A stretch of 64,000 nucleotides of DNA from an uncultured Verrucomicrobiae bacterium (GCA_963782115.1 CAWAIK010000001.1:256001-320000), one strand, 5' to 3'; counted from the first letter of the stretch, positions 1 to 10,407 are shown. The notes: generated by a model from the letters alone, not told the origin. A program made the numbers and translations.

Positions 1-1
1 G

Positions 2-1018
2 ATTCCTTACGCCGTCGGCGTGGACATCGCGTGTCGAATGAAGCTGACCGTCTATGACCTCAAGGCGAGCTCCCTCGCCGGCCAGCGCGACCGACTTGCG
101 AACATCCTTGAAAGCGAGACCCGTTTCGGCACGGGCTGCGAGTTCATGCAGCGTCGCGAGCACGAGGTGATGGACGAAGACTGGAGGGTGTCGCCCGTGA
201 CCCAGCGGCTGCGCGATAAGGCGTGGGCACAGCTCGGCACCAGCGGAAGCGGCAACCACTTCGTCGAGTTCGGCGCGTTCACCGTGGAGGCGGAGCCGGC
301 GCGGATGCTCCGCCTCCAGCCGGGTGAATACCTTGCGCTCCTCTCGCACTCGGGTTCGCGCGGTACGGGCGCGCAGGTGTGCGAATACTACAGGAAACGC
401 GCGATGGCCCGCCACCTGCACTTGTCGAAGGAACTCAAGCACCTTGCATGGCTTTCGCTCACAGAAGCCGACGGCCAGGAATATTGGGCCGCAATGAGCT
501 TGATGGGCCGTTACGCCGCGGCCAACCACGCGCTCATCCACCGCCACATCGCGCGCAGGCTCGGCACGGAAATGATCCTCGACATCGAAAACCATCACAA
601 CTTCGCGTGGAAAGAAACCCACGAAGTGAGCGGCGAGGAACGCGAAGTTATCGTGCATCGGAAGGGCGCGACGCCCGCGAGCGCCGGCATTCTCGGGATC
701 ATCCCCGGATCGATGGCTTCGCCCGGATACGTCGTGCGCGGCAAGGGTTCGGCCGAGTCGCTGCACTCGGCGTCGCACGGTGCTGGCCGCCTGATGAGTC
801 GTACGAAAGCGATGCACTCCTTCACCTGGAGCGGGACCAGGAAGCTGCTGGCGGAGCGTGGCGTCGAGCTTCTCTCCGCCGGCCTCGATGAAGTGCCGGG
901 TGTCTACAAGGATATCCACGCCGTCATGGCGGCGCAGACCGATCTGGTCGAAGTCCTCGGCCAGTTCGACCCGAAGCTCGTGAAGATGTGCCCGGCAGGA
1001 GACCGCGCCGAAGATTGA
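2..1018 (+). CDS. rtcB: RtcB family RNA 3'-phosphate/5'-OH ligase (5' end outside window)
   Basis: Motifs VGVDIAC, GSGNHF, HSGSRG, HHNFA, HRKGAT, SHGAGR; frame is open from base 2. Confidence 0.93.
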   Translation: MPYAVGVDIACRMKLTVYDLKASSLAGQRDRLANILESETRFGTGCEFMQRREHEVMDEDWRVSPVTQRLRDKAWAQLGTSGSGNHFVEFGAFTVEAEPARMLRLQPGEYLALLSHSGSRGTGAQVCEYYRKRAMARHLHLSKELKHLAWLSLTEADGQEYWAAMSLMGRYAAANHALIHRHIARRLGTEMILDIENHHNFAWKETHEVSGEEREVIVHRKGATPASAGILGIIPGSMASPGYVVRGKGSAESLHSASHGAGRLMSRTKAMHSFTWSGTRKLLAERGVELLSAGLDEVPGVYKDIHAVMAAQTDLVEVLGQFDPKLVKMCPAGDRAED

Positions 1019-1178
1019 GATCGCGTCTGCTTGAGCGCCCGACCAGAACCCACTGGCGGGTGGCGGAGAATCAGCACCAAACAATTCGGAATTAAAAATA
1101 TTGAGAGTGTGACTTTGGGATGCAGACCTGAGACAATCGCGGAACTCGAGCCACCATCCCCCAAAGCCAGGTTTTGCT

Positions 1179-1982
1179 ATGCGCGGAAATTTATTGAGAA
1201 CTTTGTGGCAACAGGATTCATACGCAGTCAACGGCTGGCTAGGTCTGCCTGCGACTTTCTCTGCTGAAGTGATGGCCCACCAAGGATGGGACTCGCTGAC
1301 GATCGATCTACAGCACGGCCTGATCGACTATCAGAGTGCGGTCGGCATGCTCCAGGCGATCTCGACAACCCGGACGGTGCCGCTCGTACGGGTTCCATGG
1401 CTGGATCCGGCTATCATCATGAAAGTCCTCGATGCGGGTGCCTACGGTGTGATTTGTCCGATGATCAATTCTGCCGCGGAAGCGCGCGAGTTTGTGGCTG
1501 CCTGTCGCTACCCGCCCGAAGGCATACGAAGCTGTGGTCCGATTCGGGCGAACGTCTATGCCGGGCCTGATTACGTAGCCAACGCGAATCGAACCCTCCT
1601 TACTATGGCAATGATAGAGACCCGCGGAGGACTTGATAATCTTGATGAGATTCTTTCGGTCGAAGGACTGGACGCAATATATGTCGGCCCGGCGGATCTG
1701 GCGATGGCGCTTGGATGCGAACCGCAGCTTGATCCGACTAAAGAAGAAGTCATCAAAGCCATTGAGTACATCGTAACTCGGGCGCGGGAGAAAAAAATTG
1801 TGGCGGGAATTCATACGGCTTCCACAGCCAATGCGCAAAAGATGATTCGGCAAGGGTTCCAATTCGTTACCGTCAGCACCGATGTCCGTCTGCTGGTAGA
1901 CAAGGTTTCGGAAGTCTTGGAGACCATGGGACGCGGTTCTTTCGGAGCCAAAGCAAACTCAGCGCAGCGCGGACCATACTGA
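1179..1982 (+). CDS. HpcH/HpaI aldolase family protein
   Basis: IDLQHG, VRVP, LDAGAYGVICPMI, MIET, YVGPADL motifs. Confidence 0.9.
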   Translation: MRGNLLRTLWQQDSYAVNGWLGLPATFSAEVMAHQGWDSLTIDLQHGLIDYQSAVGMLQAISTTRTVPLVRVPWLDPAIIMKVLDAGAYGVICPMINSAAEAREFVAACRYPPEGIRSCGPIRANVYAGPDYVANANRTLLTMAMIETRGGLDNLDEILSVEGLDAIYVGPADLAMALGCEPQLDPTKEEVIKAIEYIVTRAREKKIVAGIHTASTANAQKMIRQGFQFVTVSTDVRLLVDKVSEVLETMGRGSFGAKANSAQRGPY

Positions 1983-1997
1983 CTAATCCGCCGCACC

Positions 1998-2969
1998 ATG
2001 CCTAAAGTATTAGTGACCGACGGGCTTCGGCAGGTTGGGCTCGATATCCTGACTCAACACCAGGATGTCGTAATAGAGAGTTGTGAGAATCGAGCCAGCG
2101 AGGAAGATCTGATTGCTCGGGTGGTTGACGTCGATGCTATTCTGGTTGGTACAACACCGATCACTGGAAGGATCATAGACGCAGGACGAGTACTAAAAGT
2201 GGTTTCGAGACGCGGTGTGGGCTACGACAATATCGACCTTGCAGCTTTGCGCCGACGCAAGATTCCGCTCATGATCGTCGGTTCGGCCAATGCTTCCACG
2301 GTGGCCGAGCATACCCTCTGTTTCATACTCGCCCTGGCTAAACAGGCGATTGCCTACGACCGCGCGACCAGGGCTGGTAATTGGCGATTTCGAGAGAGCC
2401 TGCTGGCGGTGGATTTGCTCGGGAAGACATTGTTGCTGGTCGGTTTCGGCCGCGTTGGCCGCGCTGTCGCCGTTCGCGCGTCGGCTTTTGGCATGCGTGT
2501 GGTGGTTTATGATCCATTGGTTTCGGAGGAGGTATTCGGTGAATTTCGGGTTGAGCCCGTCATCGATCTTCTACACGGGTTGGCAATCTGTGATTTCTTA
2601 AGTGTGCATGTGCCGTTGGTCCATCAGACTGCGGGCCTGATCGGCCATCGAGAGCTCGCGGCGATGAAGCCGACTGCATTCGTAATTTCTACCGCACGCG
2701 GCGGTGTGGTTGACGAGGATGATCTGGTAAACGCCTTACGGATGGGGTTGATTCGAGGGGCTGGACTGGACGTGTTCAATGAGGAGCCACTCCCGCCGAA
2801 TCATCCGTTGACTGAATTGGAAAATGTAATCTTATCGCCGCACGTGGCGGCGCTCACGGAAGAATGCGCACAGCGAATGGACCAAGTGGCAGCCAGGAAC
2901 TGTCTTGACGCCCTTGAAGGGAAGCTGGATCCCGCACTGATTGTGCCAAATGAATCCTTCGGTCCGTAA
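1998..2969 (+). CDS. D-isomer-specific 2-hydroxyacid dehydrogenase (SerA-like)
   Basis: GVGYDNID, GFGRVG Rossmann motif, ARGGVVDE, GLDVF..EP, SPHVA; 15 bp after the aldolase. Confidence 0.9.
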   Translation: MPKVLVTDGLRQVGLDILTQHQDVVIESCENRASEEDLIARVVDVDAILVGTTPITGRIIDAGRVLKVVSRRGVGYDNIDLAALRRRKIPLMIVGSANASTVAEHTLCFILALAKQAIAYDRATRAGNWRFRESLLAVDLLGKTLLLVGFGRVGRAVAVRASAFGMRVVVYDPLVSEEVFGEFRVEPVIDLLHGLAICDFLSVHVPLVHQTAGLIGHRELAAMKPTAFVISTARGGVVDEDDLVNALRMGLIRGAGLDVFNEEPLPPNHPLTELENVILSPHVAALTEECAQRMDQVAARNCLDALEGKLDPALIVPNESFGP

Positions 2970-3141
2970 CTGGGACAAACATTCCTTCCGATTGTCTGAT
3001 GGGAAGGCTTCTAAAAATTCGTGAATGGCTCCGTGCGCCCAGCCATTGGGACAATCAATTCTTATCGCTGGTGCATCGTTCACGGATCCTCGGGTCAGGC
3101 CTGGCCTCGCCCGTCTTACGAGGCATCAGGGCGGATGGTCT

Positions 3142-4971
3142 TCAGGCGTAAACCAGGAAATGAATTTCTTCTGGCAAAATGGTGGAAATGTTACTGATGA
3201 TGTTACCCCGAAGCAGATTGAGGAGAGCGCTCCGTTGCGGCGCGCCGACAATGAGATGCGACGCACCTACGGTTGCAGCAATGTCCACGATGGTGTCCGC
3301 CGTTGAGTCACTCACCGCATAACAAGGCAAAAGCCGAAGACCCTCGGCTTTTTCGCTCGCATACCTGAAAATCGAGGTAGCTTCGTCATCTTCAGTCCAT
3401 TTTCGTCTGCGGTCGCCGGGAGCGATCACGGGTTGTTCGCGCACAAATAAGAGATAAAGCGGGCGATCTGTTTCCCTCGCCGCCTCGATCGCATAGTCCA
3501 AGGTACGTCCGATTCCGCGAACCGCACAAAGGATCGGGGAGCCTGTGGGTTCTCGAGCCGACGGACTGAATAGATCTGGAAGCGACGGGGCCTTCTTGTC
3601 TGTTGAAGCAGCCAGAGCGGCTTCAGCGGCTCTGCGTTTGGTTGCCCGCTCGGTTGCCAGGCCACGCAGCACCAGACCAATCGCAAGTATGGCAAGGGCA
3701 AATAATCGTGCGTTGGGCTTATCGAGGAAAAGGGAGATCTCTATGGCTGCCATGATTAGGAAGGTGCCAAACATCAAAACCCGTTCCCAACGCGCCAAAT
3801 CCAGTTTCCGATCGGTCGAAACCGCCCCGAGGTTCGTCGCGATGGCTCCTACGACTCCCACCGCGTAAAGATCGGCCAAGCCGGCCACGTCCCGAACCGC
3901 TATCACTAAAAGAGCCGGGACCAACGCTGCCACGAGCAATCCCAAAGTCGGAACTCCGAAGCTGTTTAACTTTTCAAAACGCTGTGGCAACTCTCCATCT
4001 CTGGACATCAAGAAGAATGTACCGACCAAGGCGACGATCGCCGTGTTCACGGCCGAGAGCAGCAGGCAACCAAAGACAATGCTCACGCACCAGGCTGCGA
4101 TTTGTCCCGCTGCAGGTCCTAGAGCCCCTCCGACGAAAACGTCGCCCATATACTTCAGCATGTAGTCGCGCACTCCGGGATTGCCAGGAGCGTCCACGTT
4201 TTCTCCCTGGATCTGCAATCCATGTAGAGCCTGCATTCCCAGGCCTAGAAGCGCAGTGAAGACGCAAACCTCTAACATCACCCAGACGATCGCACGATTC
4301 GAAGTATGCGTTACCGAAGGATGATCGTCGGTGCTGCCCTCATTGAGCTTCATCACTCCGGTAGCATTGGCAATTGCCTCGACTCCAGAGAGCGCCAGCA
4401 CGATCGATACGAATCCATTCCAGTTGTGGAGCCAGCTACCATGCAGCGGCTGCATATTGCGGATAGCCTCTCCGACATGCGGAAGAACGAAGCAGCCGAG
4501 AGAGATGACAACGATCACCGTTGGCACCGAAATCAAAAAAGCCACGCCGCTGGAGTGCTTAGGTCCAAAAAAATTCAATCCGCCAATGAGGAGAATCGTT
4601 CCTGCGGCAAAAACCTCTGGGTAAGGCCAACCGAGATATTGAAAAGCCGAAAGGGCACTGAGCGCCGCAGTGACAATATAATCGGCAATCAAGAGGAAGG
4701 CGCCGACAATGGAGATAACCTCGGATCGATGGCGAACGCTGGCGTAAACGCCCCCTCCGTCAGGATAGTGCCGGCAGATGGCCATGTAATTTACGCCGAC
4801 CAGCGCCATCAACACGCACATGGCCAGGATCAACCAGAACGAGCTGTAGCCGGCTACCGCGAAAGCCAACCCAATGACGTAGGCTTTGCTTGTGCCCCAA
4901 TCGCCGTAGAGAATCGCTGCCGCTCTAGGCGCGTCGACATTACGCGGCCTTTTGGTTTTCCCAACGATCAT
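3142..4971 (-). CDS. APC family amino acid permease with C-terminal universal stress protein domain
   Basis: About 12 TM segments, GGGVY and LSGVEAIAN motifs; C-terminal IVDIA...LIVGA...LLRGNI USP-like tail. Confidence 0.85.
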   Translation of the reverse strand: MIVGKTKRPRNVDAPRAAAILYGDWGTSKAYVIGLAFAVAGYSSFWLILAMCVLMALVGVNYMAICRHYPDGGGVYASVRHRSEVISIVGAFLLIADYIVTAALSALSAFQYLGWPYPEVFAAGTILLIGGLNFFGPKHSSGVAFLISVPTVIVVISLGCFVLPHVGEAIRNMQPLHGSWLHNWNGFVSIVLALSGVEAIANATGVMKLNEGSTDDHPSVTHTSNRAIVWVMLEVCVFTALLGLGMQALHGLQIQGENVDAPGNPGVRDYMLKYMGDVFVGGALGPAAGQIAAWCVSIVFGCLLLSAVNTAIVALVGTFFLMSRDGELPQRFEKLNSFGVPTLGLLVAALVPALLVIAVRDVAGLADLYAVGVVGAIATNLGAVSTDRKLDLARWERVLMFGTFLIMAAIEISLFLDKPNARLFALAILAIGLVLRGLATERATKRRAAEAALAASTDKKAPSLPDLFSPSAREPTGSPILCAVRGIGRTLDYAIEAARETDRPLYLLFVREQPVIAPGDRRRKWTEDDEATSIFRYASEKAEGLRLLPCYAVSDSTADTIVDIAATVGASHLIVGAPQRSALLNLLRGNIISNISTILPEEIHFLVYA

Positions 4972-5330
4972 TCTAGCGATCGGTCCTCATAAACCTTTGC
5001 AAAATCAGCGAACTGGAACAAATGATTCGCCGGATGAAACTTCCCAGGCGAGCATTTTTTGCACCGTGGATTAAAGAAACAAGGTTTCAAGCACGATTCG
5101 CTCTCTCCCGTTGATGATCCGGCCAATTTTTGGCGAAGGCGAATGCTTTTGCCGAGAGAATGGAAGGCAGATAGCTGCTTCGCCGCCACATGGCTATTGG
5201 CAAGTGTCCAGCCACCTTGAGCCCTTCCTCAGGGCTACCACTCACTTCTGGAAATCGAATAAAACGAAACCATCTCGTCACCCGCCGGCGAACGATGGCG
5301 CAGATAAAAGCTGTAAAGGTATAAAAGAAT

Positions 5331-6260
5331 ATGGGAGCAACAACACATTCGATAGACGTCAACGCACCTCTCCGAGCGGTTTACAATCAGTGGACGCAAT
5401 TTGAAGAATTCCCGAACTTTATGGAGGGCGTGAACGAAGTTCAACAAGAGGGTCCAAAGAGTCTTCTTTGGAAGGTAAATATCGGGGGCAAGGACAAGCA
5501 ATGGGAGGCCGAAATAACGGAGCAGGTTCCGGATAAGAGGATTGCCTGGAGCAGCATAGACGGCACACCCAACGCCGGAGAGGTCAATTTTGACTCCCTG
5601 GATGCCGAACGAACGCGAATCACTCTGACCATGGAATATGAGCCAGAAGGCTTTTTAGAAAAAGCTGGAGATGTGCTTGGCATCCCTTCCGGCCGAGTGG
5701 AAGGAGACCTGAAGCGATTTCGGGATTTTATCGAGAAAAGAGGAAGTGAATCGGGTGGCTGGAGAGGTACGATCGGAGAAGAAGTGAGCAGGGGTTCAAT
5801 CGCCAATCCAGAAGAACCGGGAATGGGCATCGAGGGAACTGTCGCCAATACAGAAGAGCCGGCGAGGGGCGTTGAGGGAACTATCGCGAATGAAAGCAGA
5901 GGACAAACAAGTGAATCCTCTTTGGTCGATAAAACAGCAGACCCGTTGCGCACAAAAAACTGGACAGATAATCTTCGGACGGAGCAACGAGAGCCGCTGA
6001 AGGTCCCGGAGTCTGCGATCGCACCTTCGGACGAACTGGATCCCATTGAAGCTAAACAGCGAACCTCGTCGGTAAAGCCGGAAATCCATTCAGGCCATGT
6101 GGACGTCGCCCCGCCCACGCATGAACAGATAGCACGCCGAGCCTATGAACTTTATATGGAACGCGGGCAGTTTCCAGGCCATGAACGCGAGGACTGGTTG
6201 GAGGCTGAAAAACAACTTTCGGCAAACTCGGGCGTTAATACTCTGCGAGATAACGAGTAG
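5331..6260 (+). CDS. SRPBCC (cyclase/dehydrase) domain protein with C-terminal DUF2934
   Basis: VYNQWTQFEEFPNFMEGV...WEAEITEQVPDKRIAW; C-terminal EQIARRAYELY..RG...DWLEAE. Confidence 0.85.
   Translation: MGATTHSIDVNAPLRAVYNQWTQFEEFPNFMEGVNEVQQEGPKSLLWKVNIGGKDKQWEAEITEQVPDKRIAWSSIDGTPNAGEVNFDSLDAERTRITLTMEYEPEGFLEKAGDVLGIPSGRVEGDLKRFRDFIEKRGSESGGWRGTIGEEVSRGSIANPEEPGMGIEGTVANTEEPARGVEGTIANESRGQTSESSLVDKTADPLRTKNWTDNLRTEQREPLKVPESAIAPSDELDPIEAKQRTSSVKPEIHSGHVDVAPPTHEQIARRAYELYMERGQFPGHEREDWLEAEKQLSANSGVNTLRDNE
5793..5894 (+). repeat. In-frame 42-bp tandem repeat (about 2.4 copies) in the linker
   Basis: GSIANPEEPGMGIE / GTVANTEEPARGVE / GTIANE. Confidence 0.8.
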
Positions 6261-6389
6261 GTGGCACGACAAATACCGCTAGCCTGCTGGAACTGATGTC
6301 CCTCCTCGCGGATTTGGATGGTGTTGCGCCAAGCATGGAATGGGGAGACTGGCGTCCCGGAGATCAATGCTACTATGTGACGAATTTTT

Positions 6390-7631
6390 TCAGTGTTTCC
6401 CGGTAGCAACCGACACGGATAATTGACCTCTTCGGCGGAAATGCATAAGGGCTTGCACCAGCGCAAGCACCTGCGCAATCGCTGCGACGAAGAACGTCGC
6501 ACCAACCCGCCAATCCGTGGGATCCAGAACCGATACCGCGGCCAGAATTGGCGCCCCCACCAACGGCGCTATGACACCCATGATGCTGCTGATCGAGTTC
6601 AATGAGCCGAGTGTTATCCCTTGGTGGCGCGGGTCAACCGACTTGGAAACGATCCCTTGCAAAGCAGGGCCGGCGGCAAAACCGCATAGATTCGCAAGAA
6701 TGATTGCATACATCATCCATCCTCGGGTCGCCAATCCATAGAGCACATACGCGACAAAAGAGGATGCCAGACCGACCAGCGCTGTTTTAACATCTCCTAG
6801 TTGCCGTAGCAGGAAACGCAGCAGCACCGTTTGCGCGAGTGCTGCGGCTATTCCGACAAAAAACAACGAGAACCCGTTTTCACGCGGGCCCCACCCGAAT
6901 CGAAATGTCGTGTAGAGAACCCATGTCGATTGCAGAATGAATTGAGGGAAAGCGGTCAGGATAACGACCCACACGAGGCTGCCTATTCCTTGGACCTTTG
7001 TCAGCGCGATGAGGGCAGTCAATGGGTTCGCTTTCGCAAAATCGATGGCGGTCCGTCGATTGGCTGGGAGAGATTCCGGAAGAACCAGGAAACCGTAGGC
7101 CCCGTTCAGGAGGCAGAAACTGGCAGCCGCAAAATAAGGCAGCCTCAGCCCGTATGGAGTAAGTAACCCGCCCAGGATCGGGCCACAAATGAAACCAAGT
7201 CCAAACATCGCGCCAAGAAGTCCGAAGCTCTTGCTCCTTTCTTGCTTTGATGTCACATCGGCAACGTAGGCTCCGGCAACGGTAAAAGCTGCGCCGGAAG
7301 CGCCGCCGACCAACCGGGAGACAAGAAGTAGCCAGAGCCAAGGGGAAATGGCGGTGACAAAAAAGTTGAGCCCAAGACCAAAAATCGAGACGAGCAGAAC
7401 CGCGCGTCGACCGCAACGGTCACTAATTGCGCCCAGCAAAGGTGCGGAAAAAAATTGAGCGAGTCCGAAAGATCCAAGCAGAAGTCCGTACCAATAGGCC
7501 TGACTCTGCTTATCCGGAGTCATGGTGGCCACCAACGCGGGAAGAACGGGTATCACAAACCCGAATGCAAGCGTGTCGAGAAAAACGGTGACCAGGATGA
7601 AGGGGATGCCGGGCTGACGTTGGACCTGCAT
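6390..7631 (-). CDS. MFS transporter, TCR/Tet (DHA1) family
   Basis: 12 TM; motif A GAISDRCGRR; AYVADVT; GFICGPILGG; LPESL. Confidence 0.9.
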   Translation of the reverse strand: MQVQRQPGIPFILVTVFLDTLAFGFVIPVLPALVATMTPDKQSQAYWYGLLLGSFGLAQFFSAPLLGAISDRCGRRAVLLVSIFGLGLNFFVTAISPWLWLLLVSRLVGGASGAAFTVAGAYVADVTSKQERSKSFGLLGAMFGLGFICGPILGGLLTPYGLRLPYFAAASFCLLNGAYGFLVLPESLPANRRTAIDFAKANPLTALIALTKVQGIGSLVWVVILTAFPQFILQSTWVLYTTFRFGWGPRENGFSLFFVGIAAALAQTVLLRFLLRQLGDVKTALVGLASSFVAYVLYGLATRGWMMYAIILANLCGFAAGPALQGIVSKSVDPRHQGITLGSLNSISSIMGVIAPLVGAPILAAVSVLDPTDWRVGATFFVAAIAQVLALVQALMHFRRRGQLSVSVATGKH

Positions 7632-7799
7632 GTTTTGGAGGCGTGAATGCTCAGCGAATAGACACGAATTGTCGAGAGCAGTTGAGCAAACTGATCTTCC
7701 AACTTGCGGATTGCTGGCCCTCCGCCGACTGGGGCCGCCCGACTCGCTGACCGGCGCGGCACTAGCGTGTGTGCAGCCACGTCCATCGTCGCGCGTTCC

Positions 7800-8222
7800 T
7801 CACGGATTGAGGAAGACCAGGTTGGCAACCGGGTCTTGGACTATGGCTCCATGTGGAATGCCGGCGACGCTGATCGTCGTATGTGGTTCATAGGGACTAA
7901 TTACAATGTCGGGATCCGATGTTGGCGTAGCGTACGGCAGATTCCCGTCGCCCTGGGGAGCGACCTGCCCCTGGTAAACGGTGTCGTCGGTAGGTAAATC
8001 GTTATCGCAGCCATAGCCGAATGGATCGAAAATCACCACGCCCCCATTTCCGTAGTGGAAATGACGCTGGAAACCATTGCCCGACCGGGCAACGAAATGA
8101 GTGCCAGCCGAAGGAGGGCGAAAAGCCGGAACGTGCCGAAAATGACCTCTGCTTCCCTGCGGGTCAGCTTTTGCTGCCATGACCGTCAACATCGCCAGAA
8201 ACAATGCCGCCAATATCTTCAT
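7800..8222 (-). CDS. Hypothetical secreted protein
   Basis: Signal-peptide-like N-terminus MKILAALFLAMLTVMAAKA; ordered C-terminal domain. Confidence 0.7.
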   Translation of the reverse strand: MKILAALFLAMLTVMAAKADPQGSRGHFRHVPAFRPPSAGTHFVARSGNGFQRHFHYGNGGVVIFDPFGYGCDNDLPTDDTVYQGQVAPQGDGNLPYATPTSDPDIVISPYEPHTTISVAGIPHGAIVQDPVANLVFLNP

Positions 8223-8418
8223 AAGTTTTGCTCTCCGGTGATATTTCAGCTTAATTCATGCCTCGCAAACCGAGGGGTAAATGCGCGAGTGAGGCATCTA
8301 CAGGCACGATTGGAGAAACTGAAAAAAAGCCTGCAGAATGCAAGGTAAACCAGCCTCATTCTGCATTGCTCGACTCCTGGATGGATCGGGCTGCAACCTT
8401 GAATCTCCTCGCCTTCTA

Positions 8419-8451
8419 CTAACACTGACACTGACAACTGACACTGACAAC
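8419..8451. repeat. Short CTGACA(A) tandem repeat
   Basis: ctaacactgacactgacaactgacactgacaac. Confidence 0.75.
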
Positions 8452-8468
8452 CTCCCCTTCCACTGCCA

Positions 8469-9704
8469 ATGAAAGCCTTTGAAGCCGCCAATCATTACAT
8501 CAGCAAGGCTTCGCGTATCATGAACCTGGGGCCGCGCGTTGAGCAGCTGTTGCTGTCGCTTGAGGCTGAGCATCACGTCACCATCCCTATCGAGCGTGAC
8601 AACGGCGAGTTGGCGGTCTACAGCGGATACCGCTTCCAGCACAACTCCGCGCGCGGACCCACCAAGGGCGGCCTGCGCTTTCATCCAACGTTGGACGCCG
8701 ACGACGTGCGGGCGCTGGCGGCGCTCATGACCTGGAAAACCGCCGTGGTGAACGTGCCTTTTGGCGGCGCCAAGGGCGGCGTCGCCTGCGATCCATCGCA
8801 GCTTTCGCAGGGCGAACTGGAACGCATCACACGCAAGTTCGTGGAGCGGATTAGCCACGAGATCGGTCCTCAGCGCGACATCCCCGCGCCCGATGTGAAT
8901 ACGAATGCGCAAGTGATGGCATGGATCATGGACCAGTATTCGAGGTTGCATGGGTTCGCGCCTGCGGTGGTTACGGGCAAACCGGTTGAACTGCACGGCA
9001 GCGAAGGTCGCGAGGCCGCAACTGGTTATGGCGTTATTTGCGTAGCTGAGAGCTTTCTGCACGACGCCGGTGACAGCCTCAAAGGTGCTACTGTCGCGAT
9101 CCAAGGTTTCGGCAACGTCGGCTTATTCGCTGCACTTTTTGCCTACGAGCGCGGGGCGAAAGTCGTTGCGGTCAGCGACGTGTCCGGCGGCGTTGCCAAT
9201 CGGGATGGTCTAGAGATTCCTGCGCTCGTAGAACTCGCCCGCAGCCGCCGTCCGCTCGCGGAATACCAAGGTGACGGCGTGTCGCGCATCACCAACGACA
9301 CATTATTGACCTGCGAAGTGGACGTGCTCATACCGGCGGCGCTCGGCGGCGTGTTAACCCGCGACGTGGCCCGCGAAGTTCGCGCCAAGGTGATCGTCGA
9401 AGCGGCAAACGGACCCACTTTCCCGGAAGCCGACGAAGTTTTCGAGCAGCGCGGCATCACGGTCCTTCCGGATATCCTGGCCAACGCGGGCGGTGTGACG
9501 GTTAGTTACTTTGAGTGGACCCAAAATCTTCAGTGCCTGCGTTGGACCGAGAACGAAGTAAACGGTCGACTTCGCGAGACCATGACTGCCGCTTACGACA
9601 CGATCCGCGGCCTGGTACGATCGCGCAAACTAGACTGGCGCACGGCCGCATATATTGTAGCACTTGGGCGCGTGGCCAAAGCGGCCATGCTGCGGGGCGT
9701 GTAA
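8469..9704 (+). CDS. gdhA: Glu/Leu/Phe/Val dehydrogenase (glutamate dehydrogenase)
   Basis: GPTKGGLRF, MTWK, FGGAKGG, DIPAPD, GFGNVG, EAANGP, ANAGGVTVSYFEW. Confidence 0.93.
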   Translation: MKAFEAANHYISKASRIMNLGPRVEQLLLSLEAEHHVTIPIERDNGELAVYSGYRFQHNSARGPTKGGLRFHPTLDADDVRALAALMTWKTAVVNVPFGGAKGGVACDPSQLSQGELERITRKFVERISHEIGPQRDIPAPDVNTNAQVMAWIMDQYSRLHGFAPAVVTGKPVELHGSEGREAATGYGVICVAESFLHDAGDSLKGATVAIQGFGNVGLFAALFAYERGAKVVAVSDVSGGVANRDGLEIPALVELARSRRPLAEYQGDGVSRITNDTLLTCEVDVLIPAALGGVLTRDVAREVRAKVIVEAANGPTFPEADEVFEQRGITVLPDILANAGGVTVSYFEWTQNLQCLRWTENEVNGRLRETMTAAYDTIRGLVRSRKLDWRTAAYIVALGRVAKAAMLRGV

Positions 9705-9715
9705 TGTAACGATCT

Positions 9716-10267
9716 ATGGAGAACGCCATCGATTCCGCTTTGGTTCACCGCTTCAGTTGCTTCCGGTCTCTCAACGCCGAGCAGATTGCCGCGTTCGCGA
9801 CCCACCTGGAAGAGGTGCGCCTTCCGCCCGGCGCGATCTTGTTTAGACAGGGTGACGTGGGAGATTCGATCTACCTGCTTCTAAGCGGACAGATGCTGAT
9901 CAAGTTGGGCGCTGCAGCGCAGGACGACCGCACATTAGCGACCCTTGGGCCTGGTGCTATCCTTGGCGAGATAAGTCCATTGGTAAACATGCCGCGGACC
10001 GCGAGCGCGATTGCCGCCGCCGATAGCCATCTCTGGCGAATCTCGACGTGCGCCTTCCACGACGCTCTGCGACACGGAGACGCTTGGGCAGTGAGCTTTT
10101 TGCTCGCCACCGCCCAAGTGCTGGGACGCCGGGTTATAGCCATGAACGAGGAGCTGGTCAAACTCTCAGCCGAGTTGCGCCTAAACTTGGCGCAACCGCA
10201 AATCAGGAAAGCCGTTGCCGAGATCGAACAGTTGCGGAAGCGCCTGACGACAGAGTGGACGTTCTGA
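9716..10267 (+). CDS. Cyclic nucleotide-binding domain protein with C-terminal helix and no HTH
   Basis: LFRQGDVGDSIYLLLSG, LGEIS, PRTASA. Confidence 0.85.
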   Translation: MENAIDSALVHRFSCFRSLNAEQIAAFATHLEEVRLPPGAILFRQGDVGDSIYLLLSGQMLIKLGAAAQDDRTLATLGPGAILGEISPLVNMPRTASAIAAADSHLWRISTCAFHDALRHGDAWAVSFLLATAQVLGRRVIAMNEELVKLSAELRLNLAQPQIRKAVAEIEQLRKRLTTEWTF

Positions 10268-10313
10268 GCCAACAATTTTTCGGTTCACCATGCAATCCCG
10301 AGTTGCTCTCCCT

Positions 10314-10337
10314 CTGACACTGACACCGACAACTGAC
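10314..10337. repeat. Short CTGACA(A) tandem repeat
   Basis: ctgacactgacaccgacaactgac. Confidence 0.7.
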
Positions 10338-10407
10338 TTCTTAGTACTCAACGTGGACGTTTGTTGCCCGACTTGTGTTGGCATCCGTTCGTGCGCACTA
10401 TGTCGCC

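Noticed and set aside
2..1018. RtcB as part of an RNA-repair or defence system
   Set aside because: Upstream context lies outside the window and downstream genes are unrelated
6390..7631. Tetracycline resistance gene call (tetA)
   Set aside because: Family membership only; no tetR or mobile context, and the substrate is unknown
8298..9104. 268-aa minus-strand ORF
   Set aside because: Antisense shadow of GC-rich gdhA
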